Assembly (NCBI GenBank): GCA_963771885.1
Contig: CAVYVF010000007.1
Location: forward strand, 64,001-128,000
Direction of reading: 5' to 3'
DNA from: Candidatus Bathyarchaeota archaeon
GTDB lineage: Archaea > Thermoproteota > Bathyarchaeia > TCS64
Length of the DNA: 64,000 nt
Shown here: positions 51,714 through 62,180 of the stretch, piece after piece
How the letters are laid out: every line of letters starts with the position of its first letter
How positions within the stretch are numbered: the first letter of the stretch is position 1
Translations under genes and position numbers: made by a program
Notes under the pieces: model-generated
What the model was told of the DNA's origin: nothing
Databases searched by the model: none
What the model saw: only the letters and a program-made list of their open reading frames with translations

Positions 51714-52106
51714 CTCACCAATGGGATCAAGTTTAACCGGGAAGGGGTATAACGTTTTTTGAAAAAGAAATTATACAAACGGGTAAAACATTGTCATTGG
51801 TTTGGCTTGATAGTTGTCGGCGCGTATGCGTCTAGTTCATTTTATATCAAGAAATGCCCCCATATGTGTTTGGGGTTATTGAATATTTAATGAAGAGAGT
51901 GTCAACATAGAAGTCATGGGTGTGAGGGAACTGGTCTTCAGGTCAGATTCCCGTTGGGAAAATTTACTGAAAAAGGGTAGCTTTGAGGGCGGCATCTTTC
52001 TAAGGCTAGACGTGAATCCAGTCAATGTCAGGGAGTATCCATTTTATTCCCGATAAAGTAGACAAGTAAATCTAACCTTTTTAACAGCAGCAACGTAGGG
52101 ATACCT

Positions 52107-52646
52107 ATGGTTGACAGAGTCAAGGTTGACACGTTCAAGTATGTACGCGAGATGAACATGCTCCTAAAGGACGGTGGATTACTCCTCGTCGCCGAGGGAA
52201 AGGATGGAAAGCCGAACGCGATGACGATCGGCTGGGGATTCCTCGGCACCATGTGGTCAAAGCCCGTCTTCATCACAGCCGTGCGCCACAGCAGGCACAC
52301 TTACAAGCTGATGGAGGAGGCGAAGAGCTGGACCATCTGTATACCCGCTAAGGGGATGGAGGCGGCGCTTACATTCTGCGGGACCAAGTCGGGCAGAGAC
52401 GTCGACAAGTTCAAGGAGTGCAAGTTCACCGCCAAGAAGGGAGATGTAGGCGCCCCCTACATCGAGGAGTGCCCCATACACATCGAGTGCACAACCGTCT
52501 TCAAGACGGACATGAAGCCCGGTCAGCTCGAGGGCGGCATGGAGAAGGAGCTCTATAAGACGAAGGACTTCCACATGCTCTACTTCGGCGAGGTCAAGGG
52601 CGTCTACGCCGTCAAGGACGCCGAAAAGAAGCTCAAGGTGGCGTAG
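52107..52646 (+). CDS. Flavin reductase-like (flavoredoxin) protein
   Basis: NAMTIGWG, CGTKSGRDVDK, IEEC..HIEC, H.LYFGEV. Confidence 0.88.
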   Translation: MVDRVKVDTFKYVREMNMLLKDGGLLLVAEGKDGKPNAMTIGWGFLGTMWSKPVFITAVRHSRHTYKLMEEAKSWTICIPAKGMEAALTFCGTKSGRDVDKFKECKFTAKKGDVGAPYIEECPIHIECTTVFKTDMKPGQLEGGMEKELYKTKDFHMLYFGEVKGVYAVKDAEKKLKVA

Positions 52647-53120
52647 ATGAAGGTCCTCATAGTATACGACACTAGCACAGGCAACACGGAGAAGATGGCG
52701 CACGCCGTCGAGGACGGCGTAAAGAAGGCGGGTGTAGAGGTCGTTTTCAAGCACGTCGACGATGCCTCGGTAGACGAGATACCCCAGTGCCAGGGCCTCA
52801 TACTCGGCTCACCGGTATATTATGGACTACCCTCGGGCAAGATCAAGAAGTTCATCGATGAGTCGATAAAATACCACGGCAAGCTCGACGGCACCGTTGG
52901 CGGGGCATTCGCCAGCGCCGGTGGCACGCACACAGGCGCAGAGACCACGATCATCGCCATCAACGAGATGCTCCTCGTCCACGGCATGATTATTCAAGGC
53001 AGCTCCGCAGGCAGCCACTACGGCGCATCATCCGTCGGCTCACCAAATGATGCCTCTCTCGAGGCGTGCAGGAAGCTAGGCGAACGCGTAGGAAAACTCG
53101 TCAAGCGGCTGAACAATTAG
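52647..53120 (+). CDS. Flavodoxin/WrbA-family protein
   Basis: YDTSTGNTEKMA, GSPVYYG, AFASAG. Confidence 0.9.
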   Translation: MKVLIVYDTSTGNTEKMAHAVEDGVKKAGVEVVFKHVDDASVDEIPQCQGLILGSPVYYGLPSGKIKKFIDESIKYHGKLDGTVGGAFASAGGTHTGAETTIIAINEMLLVHGMIIQGSSAGSHYGASSVGSPNDASLEACRKLGERVGKLVKRLNN

Positions 53121-53142
53121 AGCCAAACTCCGAGAATTAGGA

Positions 53143-53814
53143 GTGTCCATGTTGAGTAGCCAAATGAAGTTACACCGCCTCGACGACAACTACTCCCGGG
53201 AAATACTCACGAAGATCCGGAATAAGGAGACGGGACGCGAGGAGTTCCGTTGGGGCCTGAGGAGACTCGGCATGCTTACTGGGATAAGGATCGCGGCTAC
53301 TATGGGGTACAGCGACGTGGAGGTCGAGACTCCGCTCGGGGCTAAGGCGAGGGGCGTATCACTCACCGAGGCACGCGATGTCGTGATTATAAACGTCCTC
53401 CGGGCCGCCACCCCGCTCGTTGAGGGCCTACTCGAGGTCTTCACCGACGCGAGGATCGGCATCGTCAACGCCAAGCGCGTCGAAACGGGCAACCTCTTCC
53501 CGGAATTCGACTTCAAGATAGATGTGCCCTACTTCAATACCCCGAAGTTAACCAGCGGCGACACCCTGATCGTGGCGGACCCCATGATTGCCTCCGGGAG
53601 CACAAGCGTTGCTGTGCTTGACAAGTTACTGGAAAACGGGCGGCCCAAGCGCATTATCTTGGCGTCGGTCATCTCAGCGCCACTGGGGCTTGAGAGGGTG
53701 CACGCCCACTACCCCGGCGCGGATATATACACCGTGGCGGTGGATGAGGGGCTGAACGAGCACGGTTACATAGTGCCGGGTCTCGGCGACGCCGGCGACA
53801 GGGTCTGCGGATAA
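53143..53814 (+). CDS. upp: Uracil phosphoribosyltransferase
   Basis: VETPLG, VLRAA, ADPMIASGST, YIVPGLGDAGDR. Confidence 0.94.
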   Translation: MSMLSSQMKLHRLDDNYSREILTKIRNKETGREEFRWGLRRLGMLTGIRIAATMGYSDVEVETPLGAKARGVSLTEARDVVIINVLRAATPLVEGLLEVFTDARIGIVNAKRVETGNLFPEFDFKIDVPYFNTPKLTSGDTLIVADPMIASGSTSVAVLDKLLENGRPKRIILASVISAPLGLERVHAHYPGADIYTVAVDEGLNEHGYIVPGLGDAGDRVCG

Positions 53815-53871
53815 AACAGCCGGCAAACTCCTCCAAACAGCCTTATTTCCAATGCACCCTACAACTGGTGT

Positions 53872-54210
53872 ATGAAGAACAGTACATGGGACAATGTGCC
53901 AAGGGCAACCATCGCCCCCGGAGTCGACCTCCGACTGATCAACGGCGACAATTGTATGCTGACCTATGTGATCATGCAGCCTGGGGCGGTTGTGCCGGAT
54001 CATAAGCACCCGCACGAGCAGGTTGGAACCTGCATCAAAGGCGAAGGGGTCATGACGTGTGGTGGCAAACAGTTCAAGACGGTCCCCGGTGCCTGTTGGC
54101 TCATCCTAGGCGGGGAAAACCACAGCTGGCGCAACACGAGCGAGGGCGAGACTATCCTCCTCGAGGCTTTCAGCCCGCCGCGCGAGGATTATATTGCCAA
54201 GGCGAAGTAG
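53872..54210 (+). CDS. Cupin domain protein
   Basis: HKHPHEQ, FSPPREDY. Confidence 0.9.
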   Translation: MKNSTWDNVPRATIAPGVDLRLINGDNCMLTYVIMQPGAVVPDHKHPHEQVGTCIKGEGVMTCGGKQFKTVPGACWLILGGENHSWRNTSEGETILLEAFSPPREDYIAKAK

Positions 54211-54308
54211 CGCCACCATTGGCTCGAGGGGAAACCATATTCCCCAACCACACACAAAATTTTCGTGTTCGTGAATGATTAAATATTTATAATAAAATAT
54301 CATTACCG

Positions 54309-54774
54309 ATGCATCAAATCCGACGTGCAGTACTCGACGACGTTCCAGAGATAACTGCCTGCATTAAAGATGCGTATGCCCCTTACATTCAGAGAATAGG
54401 AAAGGCACCCGCACCAATGCTTGAAGATTATGCTGAAGCTGTTACCCAGAAGAACATCTGGGTCCTTGAAGGTCATAGGGTCTGAGTTGCTGGGAGTCCT
54501 AATTCTTGTACCTGAGACAGAATATTTGCTGATTGAAAACATTGCTATTAAACGGAGGTATCAGGGTCGAGGATTTGGCGGAAAGTTGATGGATTTCGCC
54601 GAGTCTGAGGCTTTGAAGTTAGGATATAAGGTAATGCGTCTTTACACCAATGTTAAGATGTTTGAGAATCAGATTATTTACGAGCATCTAGGTTGGAAGA
54701 ATATTGGACTTGTATCTGAAGAGGGATACGATAGAGTCTACATGGAAAAACGGATACTGGTTAGTGCTAATTAG
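54309..54774 (+). CDS. GNAT acetyltransferase (frameshift near 54470)
   Basis: IRRA...AYAPYIQRIGKAPAPMLEDY joined to ENIAI..RYQGRGFG...LYTNVKMFEN..IYEHLG. Confidence 0.85.
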
Positions 54775-54840
54775 TTGTGATCGTAAGCAAGTGTGTGTGG
54801 AGGGAAAGCATTTTCTCCCCAACCCGTGTCTTCTATCAGC

Positions 54841-55803
54841 ATGGCTCCAAAGGCCGTCGACAGCATACTAGACGTCATCGGGAACACGCCTCTTGTCAAG
54901 CTACAGAAGCTCGCGCCCAAGAACGGCGCTGACATATTCGTGAAGGCCGAGTACCTCAATCCAAGCGGCAGCTACAAAGACCGCATCGCCGTCGAGATGA
55001 TACGCACTGCTGAGAAGGAGGGCAAGCTCAAGCCCGGATACACGATCGTCGAGGCATCCACGGGCAACACGGGTACCGCCCTCAGCTTCGTCGGTACACG
55101 CCTTGGTTACAACGTCGAGATATACATGCCCGAGGGCATGACTCGCGAACGCATCAAGATCATGGAGAGCTACGGCGCCAAGGTCCACGAGATGAAGATC
55201 GCGGGCCTCGACGCCAAGGGCAGCGTCGCAGGAGCCGAGGTCGAGTTTATCCCCCGGCAAAAGTGCCTCGACCTGGAGAGGAGTAACCCCAAGGTATGGT
55301 GGGCGCGCCAGTTCAGCAACCCCGCAAACTGGAGGGCACACCTCACAACGGGCAACGAGATATATGAACAGATGAACGGAAAAGTCGACGCCTTCGTAGC
55401 CAGCATCGGCGTCGGAGGCACGCTCTACGGCGTCGCCAAGGCACTGAAGGCTAAGCTGCCGAAATGTCGGGTCATCGGGCTCGAGCCCGCCTCGGCAAAG
55501 CTCGCCATAAGCGACGGCATCATCTCCCCTCCCGGGATAAGCAAGGACATCGCCGGAGGAATAATCGAGGAGATGATGGAGAGTGGCCTCATCGACGAGG
55601 TCGTCAAGGTCAAGAACGAGGACGCCATCGCTACCTCGGATCGCCTCGTGAAGGAGGAGGGACTATTCTGCGGCATCTCCGCCGGAGCTAACGTCTACCA
55701 CTCGATCAAGATCGCGACTGAGTTGGGCAGAGGTAAGCGCGTAGCCACCGTCCTCCCCGACCACAGGGACCGATACCTTAGCGAGAAGAAGTACACCACT
55801 TAG
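54841..55803 (+). CDS. cysK: Cysteine synthase / CBS-family PLP enzyme
   Basis: IGNTPLV, NPSGSYKDR, ASTGNTG, QFSNPAN, GVGGT, GISAGA. Confidence 0.82.
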   Translation: MAPKAVDSILDVIGNTPLVKLQKLAPKNGADIFVKAEYLNPSGSYKDRIAVEMIRTAEKEGKLKPGYTIVEASTGNTGTALSFVGTRLGYNVEIYMPEGMTRERIKIMESYGAKVHEMKIAGLDAKGSVAGAEVEFIPRQKCLDLERSNPKVWWARQFSNPANWRAHLTTGNEIYEQMNGKVDAFVASIGVGGTLYGVAKALKAKLPKCRVIGLEPASAKLAISDGIISPPGISKDIAGGIIEEMMESGLIDEVVKVKNEDAIATSDRLVKEEGLFCGISAGANVYHSIKIATELGRGKRVATVLPDHRDRYLSEKKYTT

Positions 55804-55892
55804 CTCCGCTCAACATTTACTCGGTCGCGTTTCTTCGCCCGCAAGCGCTATTTTCTTGGAAATCGGGAATTGTTTGTTATTAATTTATAAAT

Positions 55893-56441
55893 TTAAGAAT
55901 TAATCTTGGCTAACCTCGCACCCGCCTTCTCGAGCATCTCGAGTTTGTGCCCTTTAGATACCTGGGTCACGGTCACAAGGTCGAATACTGTGAATCCGAC
56001 GCGGCGCAGATAGTCCTCGAGGTGGAGGAGCGCCTTTACACATCCGTTGCCTGTTCCCCCTGCGGAGGCTATGCCCAGCGCGTACCTCCCGTTCAGCGCC
56101 TTGAACTCACTCTTCACCTCGGTCCTGCGTAGCCTGTCGAGGAAGAGCTTGGCCGACTCGCTCAGGTCGCCCCAATAGACGGGGGTTGCGAAGACGAGCG
56201 CGTCTGCCGCGTGTATCTTGTCCCTCAGGGACTGGAACTCGTCGTCGATGACGCACGTTCCCTCCCTTCGGCACTGGCCCCAGCCACCATCGCAGGCCAT
56301 GCATGGCTTCACAATGACCTCGTTAAGGTTCACAAGCTCTACTGATGCGCCTTCCGTCTTCGCCCCCTCGATTACCGCCTTGGCAGTTTTCGCCGTCAGG
56401 CCGTCATCGTTCGGGCTGGACTGTATAGCAATTATCTTCAA
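55893..56441 (-). CDS. Iron-sulfur flavoprotein (NADPH-dependent FMN reductase family)
   Basis: PCMACDGGWGQC...C.IDD, ATPVYWG. Confidence 0.88.
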   Translation of the reverse strand: MKIIAIQSSPNDDGLTAKTAKAVIEGAKTEGASVELVNLNEVIVKPCMACDGGWGQCRREGTCVIDDEFQSLRDKIHAADALVFATPVYWGDLSESAKLFLDRLRRTEVKSEFKALNGRYALGIASAGGTGNGCVKALLHLEDYLRRVGFTVFDLVTVTQVSKGHKLEMLEKAGARLAKINS

Positions 56442-56521
56442 TAAACTGCACCCGTGTAGAGGGATGCGGTTCGGATGGCTTTAAATCTCGCCATCCTGTT
56501 CGAAAGGCACGTTTATATTAT

Positions 56522-56538
56522 AGTTATATGTTTTAACT
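56522..56538. promoter_or_regulatory. Inverted repeat AGTTA-N7-TAACT, putative MarR operator
   Basis: Directly after TTTATATTA and just upstream of the marR-like start. Confidence 0.45.
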
Positions 56539-56547
56539 GTTTATTCG

Positions 56548-57024
56548 GTGAACGAAAAAATGGTTGACGCCTCGCCCCGGGGGAAGATGGATCAGATGCT
56601 CGACGACATCTATAACGTGATTCCCCTCTTCCACCGCACATTCCTGAGGCCCGACGACCTCTCCCACAACCCAATGGGATCCGACTTCAAGGTCATGGGT
56701 ATACTCAGGAAGCATGGGCCCCTCCCCATGTCACGCATCGGGTTCTGGCTTGGAATCTCGAAGCCCAACATGACCGCCATAATAAACAAGCTGATAACTG
56801 ATGGAAGGGTCGAGAGGCGAGAGGATCCGAAAGATAGACGCATAGTCGAGGTCGCCCTAACCACCGAGGGCACGAAGTACATAGAGGAGTGCTGGAAAGA
56901 AGGACGGGAGACCGTGAGGGCGAAACTCTCGACACTATCCGACGAAGAGAAAGACACCCTCTACAAGGCGCTCGAAGACATCCGAATAACCATATCAAAA
57001 CTCAACGAGATGAAGAAGCAGTGA
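56548..57024 (+). CDS. MarR-family transcriptional regulator
   Basis: MSRIG..LGISKPNMTAIINKL...DRRIVEVALT.EG. Confidence 0.92.
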   Translation: MNEKMVDASPRGKMDQMLDDIYNVIPLFHRTFLRPDDLSHNPMGSDFKVMGILRKHGPLPMSRIGFWLGISKPNMTAIINKLITDGRVERREDPKDRRIVEVALTTEGTKYIEECWKEGRETVRAKLSTLSDEEKDTLYKALEDIRITISKLNEMKKQ

Positions 57025-57046
57025 AGATTACCCAAACATTGAGCCA

Positions 57047-58801
57047 GTGGGAGGCACATCTTTGACTAACTCCCTGATCAGGATACTATCCTACCTCAGG
57101 CCCTACTGGAAACCAGCGGTCCTGTCGATACTGATGCTCTCCGTCTCCGTCATAGCGGAACTGCAGATACCTCGGCTCCTACAGAGCATCATCGACACGG
57201 GCATACCGAACAAGGATCTTGCTTTCATCGCAGGAACCGCGGTCCTCATGGTGGTCATCGCCTTCATGGACGCGGGCATGGCGATCGGTAACACGTTTCT
57301 ATCCGTCCGCGCCGCGCAGGGGTTCGCCGCCGACGTGAGGAGCGCCATCTTCCGCCGCATACAGAGTTTCAGCTTCGGAAACCTCGACAAGTTCCAGACC
57401 GGCCAGCTCATCATCAGGATGACGAGCGACGTCAACATCATCCAGATGATGGTGATGATGGGGCTTCGCATGTTCATCAGGGCACCCCTAATGATTGTTG
57501 GCAGCGTCGCCCTCATGTACTCGATAAACACTGAACTCGCAAACATCATACTGCTCATCATGCCGCTTACACTCGTCTTCGCCGGCATTTTCGTCTGGAA
57601 GGGGCAGCCCATGTTCATGAAAGTCCAGACCAAACTCGACAGGCTCAACTCAGTACTGCAGGAGAACCTCTCTGGCGTGCGCGTCGTCAAGGCTTTCGTG
57701 CGCCAGAAGCACGAGTCAGAGAGGTTCGACGCCGCCAACACCGACCTGATGAACCAGGCCATAAGCGTCAACCGTTTCATGATGTTTCTAATGCCCGCCC
57801 TCTTCGTCCTTATCAACCTCGGTGTGCTAGCCGTACTCTACTTCGGCGGCTTGCAGGTCATCGCGGGGACGTTCACTGTGGGTGAGATACTGGCCTTCTC
57901 AAACTATCTCCTCTCAAGCATGTTCCCTCTCATCTTCCTCTCGATCATGGCGAGCCAAGCATCCGCCGCAATAGCCTCAGGGAACAGGATATACGAGGTC
58001 ATAGACTCGGAGCCGATGGTTCAGAATAAGCCCAACGCAACAGTGCTAAGCGACGTAACCGGACAGGTAGCGTTCGAAGACGTATCCTTCAGTTATGCTA
58101 AGGGTGGTGAACCAGTCTTAAATAATGTCAGTTTTACAGCCACCCCTGGACAGGTCGTCGCCTTACTCGGCGCAACGGGCAGCGGCAAGTCGACACTCAT
58201 CAACCTCATCCCCCGATTCTATGACGCAAACTCCGGCAGAGTGACGGTCGATGGTGTCGATGTAAAAGACGTGACCCTTGAGTCACTCCGCACACACATA
58301 GGAATCGCCCTGCAGGAGCCCGTGCTCTTCAGTGGGTTGATCCGTGACAACATAAAATATGGGAGACCAGACGCAACCGACGAAGACGTCGTCGAGGCTG
58401 CCAAGGCAGCTCAGGCACACGAGTTCATCTTGAGCCTTCCCAAGGGCTACGACACCGAAGTCGGCGAACGAGGCGTCGGCCTCAGCGGAGGCCAGAAGCA
58501 GCGCATAAGCATCGCCCGTGCCATACTCGTTAAGCCAAAGATACTCATACTCGACGACTCGACCAGCAGCGTTGACATCGAAACCGAGGCACTCATACAG
58601 CAGGCGCTAGAGACCGTGATGAAGGGACGCACAAGTTTCATCATCGCCCAGAGAATAAGCAGTGTGCTCAAGGCTGACAAGATACTCGTCCTAGACCGTG
58701 GCAAGATCGTGGCCGAGGGCCACCACAAGGAGCTGATGGAGAAGAGCCCGATATATCGTGAAATATTCAACTCCCAGCTCGGTGGAGGCATCAGGCAATG
58801 A
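57047..58801 (+). CDS. Heterodimeric ABC exporter subunit (TMD-NBD), degenerate site
   Basis: GATGSGKS, LSGGQKQR, Walker B ILDD and Q in place of switch His (IAQR). Confidence 0.93.
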   Translation: MGGTSLTNSLIRILSYLRPYWKPAVLSILMLSVSVIAELQIPRLLQSIIDTGIPNKDLAFIAGTAVLMVVIAFMDAGMAIGNTFLSVRAAQGFAADVRSAIFRRIQSFSFGNLDKFQTGQLIIRMTSDVNIIQMMVMMGLRMFIRAPLMIVGSVALMYSINTELANIILLIMPLTLVFAGIFVWKGQPMFMKVQTKLDRLNSVLQENLSGVRVVKAFVRQKHESERFDAANTDLMNQAISVNRFMMFLMPALFVLINLGVLAVLYFGGLQVIAGTFTVGEILAFSNYLLSSMFPLIFLSIMASQASAAIASGNRIYEVIDSEPMVQNKPNATVLSDVTGQVAFEDVSFSYAKGGEPVLNNVSFTATPGQVVALLGATGSGKSTLINLIPRFYDANSGRVTVDGVDVKDVTLESLRTHIGIALQEPVLFSGLIRDNIKYGRPDATDEDVVEAAKAAQAHEFILSLPKGYDTEVGERGVGLSGGQKQRISIARAILVKPKILILDDSTSSVDIETEALIQQALETVMKGRTSFIIAQRISSVLKADKILVLDRGKIVAEGHHKELMEKSPIYREIFNSQLGGGIRQ

Positions 58802-60648
58802 GCCACGGACCGATGGGCGGTGGCCCACGTGGCCCAGGCCCGGGTGGACCCGGCGGCGGCATGGGCAGGGGAATGGATCGCGCCAAGAAGCCAAGGGAGA
58901 CAATAGCCCGCCTCGCGAGTTACCTACTCGTCTACAAGCTGCAGCTTGTGCTGGTAGTGTTCAGTATAATCGCCGCTGGCGTGCTCCAGTTGCTCGGCCC
59001 CTACCTCATAGGCGTGACTATTGACCAGTATATTCTCAAGGGAGACGTCCCTGGGCTCGTCAGGATGGCGCTGTTACTTCTCGGCGTTTACCTCGCGGGG
59101 TGGGCGATGCAGGCGGCTCAGGGCTGGATCATGGCGACGATAAGCCAACGTGCTCTTCGCCAGATACGCAAGGACCTCTTCGAGCACATGCAGACACTCA
59201 GCCTCAGCTTCTTCGACAAGAGGAGCCAAGGCGACCTGATGAGTAGACTGACTAACGACATCGACGCCGTAAACCAGGCGATGACGATGAACGTCACCCA
59301 GATCATCAGCAGTGTACTCAGCCTCGTCGGGATACTCATCGCAATGTTTGCGCTCAACCTCTGGATGGCTCTTGGCAACCTCGCCGTCATCCCCTTCATG
59401 CTCTTCGTGACGCTCGTCATCGGCAAGCGGACGATGAGTGGGTTCCGCGGGCTTCAGTTCTCGATGGGGCGGCTCAACGGCAGGATTGAGGAGATAATCA
59501 GCGGCGAGCGCGTCGTGCAGGCCTTCAGCAGGCAAGACGCCATACTCGCAGACTTCGACAAGGACAACGAGGGGCTGCGCGTAGCCGCGACAAAGGCGAT
59601 GAGTTGGGGCTTCATAATCATGCCCCTAGTCAATGTCATGAGTTACATCGGCATCGCCGTCGTCTCCGGCCTCGGCGGATGGCTCGTCGTCATCGGGGCG
59701 GTCTCAGTTGGCCTCGTAGTCACCTTCATCAACTACGCCAGGAACTTCGTCCAGCCACTCCGCCAACTCGCCGACCTCTACAATAGTATACAGACCGCAC
59801 TCGCAGGCGCGGAGCGCGTATTCGAGATAATCGACACCAAGCCAGAGATCAACGATAAGCCCAATGCTGAGTCACTCCATGAGATACAGGGTGATATTGT
59901 CTTCGACCACGTCGGCTTCACGTACGACGGCAAGACCCCTATACTGACGGATGTGAGCTTCCACGCGGAGCCAGGCCAGACCATCGCCCTAGTCGGGCCA
60001 ACTGGCGCAGGAAAGACTACTATGGTTAACATCCTTAGCAGGTTTTACGACATCTGCTGCGGTGACATACTCATAGACGGCACGAGTATACGCGACGTAA
60101 CGAGGGAGAGCCTTCGCAGGCAGATCGGCACGGTGCTTCAGGACAACTTCCTCTTTGCTGACACGGTGATGGAGAACATACGCTACGGCAACCTCGAGGC
60201 AACCGACGAGGACTGCATAGCAGCAGCGAAACTCGCCAATGCGGACCAATTCATAGTACGCCTCCCAGATGGCTACAAGACGAAGCTGACAGAGAGGGGG
60301 AGCAACCTGAGCCAGGGGCAGAGGCAACTCCTCGCCATCGCGCGCGCCGTCGTAGCCGACCCGAAGATACTCATCCTCGACGAGGCAACAAGTAACGTAG
60401 ACACTAGAACCGAGATCCGGATACAGGAGGCGCTGCTTCGACTCATGGAGGGGAGGACGAGCTTCGTCATCGCCCACCGCCTCAGCACCATCAGGAACGC
60501 GGACCAAGTACTCGTGATAAACAACGGGCAGATAATCGAAAGGGGCACCCACGACACCCTGCTGGCTCAGAGGGGCTTCTACTTCAACCTCTACAACAGC
60601 CAGTTCAGGGGAACTAGCCCCTCCGCTGCGCCGGGTAAATCCCTATAA
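58798..60648 (+). CDS. Heterodimeric ABC exporter subunit (TMD-NBD), consensus site
   Basis: GPTGAGKT, LSQGQRQ, ILDEATS, IAHR. Confidence 0.93.
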   Translation: MSHGPMGGGPRGPGPGGPGGGMGRGMDRAKKPRETIARLASYLLVYKLQLVLVVFSIIAAGVLQLLGPYLIGVTIDQYILKGDVPGLVRMALLLLGVYLAGWAMQAAQGWIMATISQRALRQIRKDLFEHMQTLSLSFFDKRSQGDLMSRLTNDIDAVNQAMTMNVTQIISSVLSLVGILIAMFALNLWMALGNLAVIPFMLFVTLVIGKRTMSGFRGLQFSMGRLNGRIEEIISGERVVQAFSRQDAILADFDKDNEGLRVAATKAMSWGFIIMPLVNVMSYIGIAVVSGLGGWLVVIGAVSVGLVVTFINYARNFVQPLRQLADLYNSIQTALAGAERVFEIIDTKPEINDKPNAESLHEIQGDIVFDHVGFTYDGKTPILTDVSFHAEPGQTIALVGPTGAGKTTMVNILSRFYDICCGDILIDGTSIRDVTRESLRRQIGTVLQDNFLFADTVMENIRYGNLEATDEDCIAAAKLANADQFIVRLPDGYKTKLTERGSNLSQGQRQLLAIARAVVADPKILILDEATSNVDTRTEIRIQEALLRLMEGRTSFVIAHRLSTIRNADQVLVINNGQIIERGTHDTLLAQRGFYFNLYNSQFRGTSPSAAPGKSL

Positions 60649-60671
60649 CCGGGTAACCAACTTCTCTTCTG

Positions 60672-60989
60672 ATGCCCGCAGAGTACCTCTTCCTCCTCCT
60701 CTTCATACTGGGGTGCCTTCTATTCGCCCACTTCGTAGGCAACAGTCCCGTGAGCAAGGTAGTGGAAACCCGCTTGACGGGGAAGAGGGTGAAGTACCAA
60801 CAAAGCATCACCGCCTCCGGGAACACATACGTCCCGATAAAGCATGAGGTTTTCACCATCGACACCGAGGTAACCTTCGACGTCCCTGTCCGCAAGTCGC
60901 TCTGGGACAAGCTCGACACGAATGATAAAGTGCTCCTCAACAAGCACCTGAACGGTGAGTACAGCTTCAAGAAGCGGGTCACGGAATGA
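60672..60989 (+). CDS. Small membrane-anchored hypothetical protein
   Basis: N-terminal TM followed by beta-rich domain. Confidence 0.6.
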   Translation: MPAEYLFLLLFILGCLLFAHFVGNSPVSKVVETRLTGKRVKYQQSITASGNTYVPIKHEVFTIDTEVTFDVPVRKSLWDKLDTNDKVLLNKHLNGEYSFKKRVTE

Positions 60990-62065
60990 TCTCGCAGCCG
61001 TTGTTTATTCTCGGGTAGTCGAGCGCGTCCCCAGGTAGCGTTCCGTCCTTCATGAGTTTCCTCGTCGGTTCCACGAGTGTGCCAAGCTCCCTAATCATGT
61101 GGCGAGTCGAGGCGCAGACCCTGTCGAACCACCTCTGCCCCCAGAACATAGTCTTGTTTGAGAAGAGGCACCTGCCACCACAGACCCACTTGTCGGGGCA
61201 GAGACTACACGGTTCGCCGACAGGCATGATGTTACGCAGCGACTCTGGTGTGCTGTTCCTAATGTCCCCGACTGAGGAGTAGGGCATCTCTGGCGCGATG
61301 GGGCAGACATCTATCCTTCCGCTTGTCATGACGGCGAAACTATCCCTTCCAGAGCCACACCAGATGTGTGGCGTGGGCTTCACCGGTGATGAGGGTACGG
61401 AGGATGGGAATGAACGGCACAATACCGGGGACGAAGCCTTTTTGGAGGGAGTCGCCGAAGTCTCTCACAAGCTTCGTGATCCCCTCGTCGTATCTAGATA
61501 GCCACTCCTCCACCTCATGCTCGAACTTTATCTCGCTCCAGAAGACGTCGAGCTGCCAGTGTATGTGGTCGAAGGCGGGGTCTGTTAGTGAGACGAGGTG
61601 CGATACGTCTCTGTATATGTCACCCCTACGGCTGAATGCTATCCTCGCGACGAGATCGCCCTCGTAGCCCTTACGGCGGATGCTCTGGCAGTTTTTGATG
61701 ACCGTGTCGTAGACGCCTTCGTATCTATTTGCGTCGGTGACCTCCCTCCCACCGTCGATACTGACGAGAATGGCGTCGAGGCGCCTAAGGTATGAAGGAT
61801 TTACCTCGTCTAGGTGTGTGGCGTTTGTCTGTAGAGTAAATGCTTTAGCGGGAACACTGTCCATGATCTCGTACATCTTGTCTAAGGCGAGAAGCGGTTC
61901 ACCACCATAGAATCCAATGATCGCCTCATGGTCGCGACGAATAAAATGCTTCAACTCTCCCACGTCGTAAGCGACCTCAAGGGGTATTCCCTCTACGTGC
62001 CTCGTGCCCCCGCAGTAGCCGCAGCGCAGGTTACACCTCTCCGTGAGGACGACGTGGTACTGCAA
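60979..62065 (-). CDS. Radical SAM/SPASM protein, AF0577/TIGR04084-like (frameshift near 61380)
   Basis: CNLRCGYC, YGGEP, HWQLD, WCGSG...CPI...C..C....VCGGRC. Confidence 0.85.
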
Positions 62066-62180
62066 TTCAGGAAAGCGCGTCGAGGACCGATAAAAGGATG
62101 TGGGATGCGCAACCCGCGTTGCTCATTCCGCTTATTAACGATGGATAGCCTCATACCACAACCAAAAAGCCGGTGCGACT

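Noticed and set aside
58798..58880. Gly/Pro/Met-rich low-complexity stretch as a repeat element
   Set aside because: This is a typical N-terminal extension of this ABC exporter subfamily.
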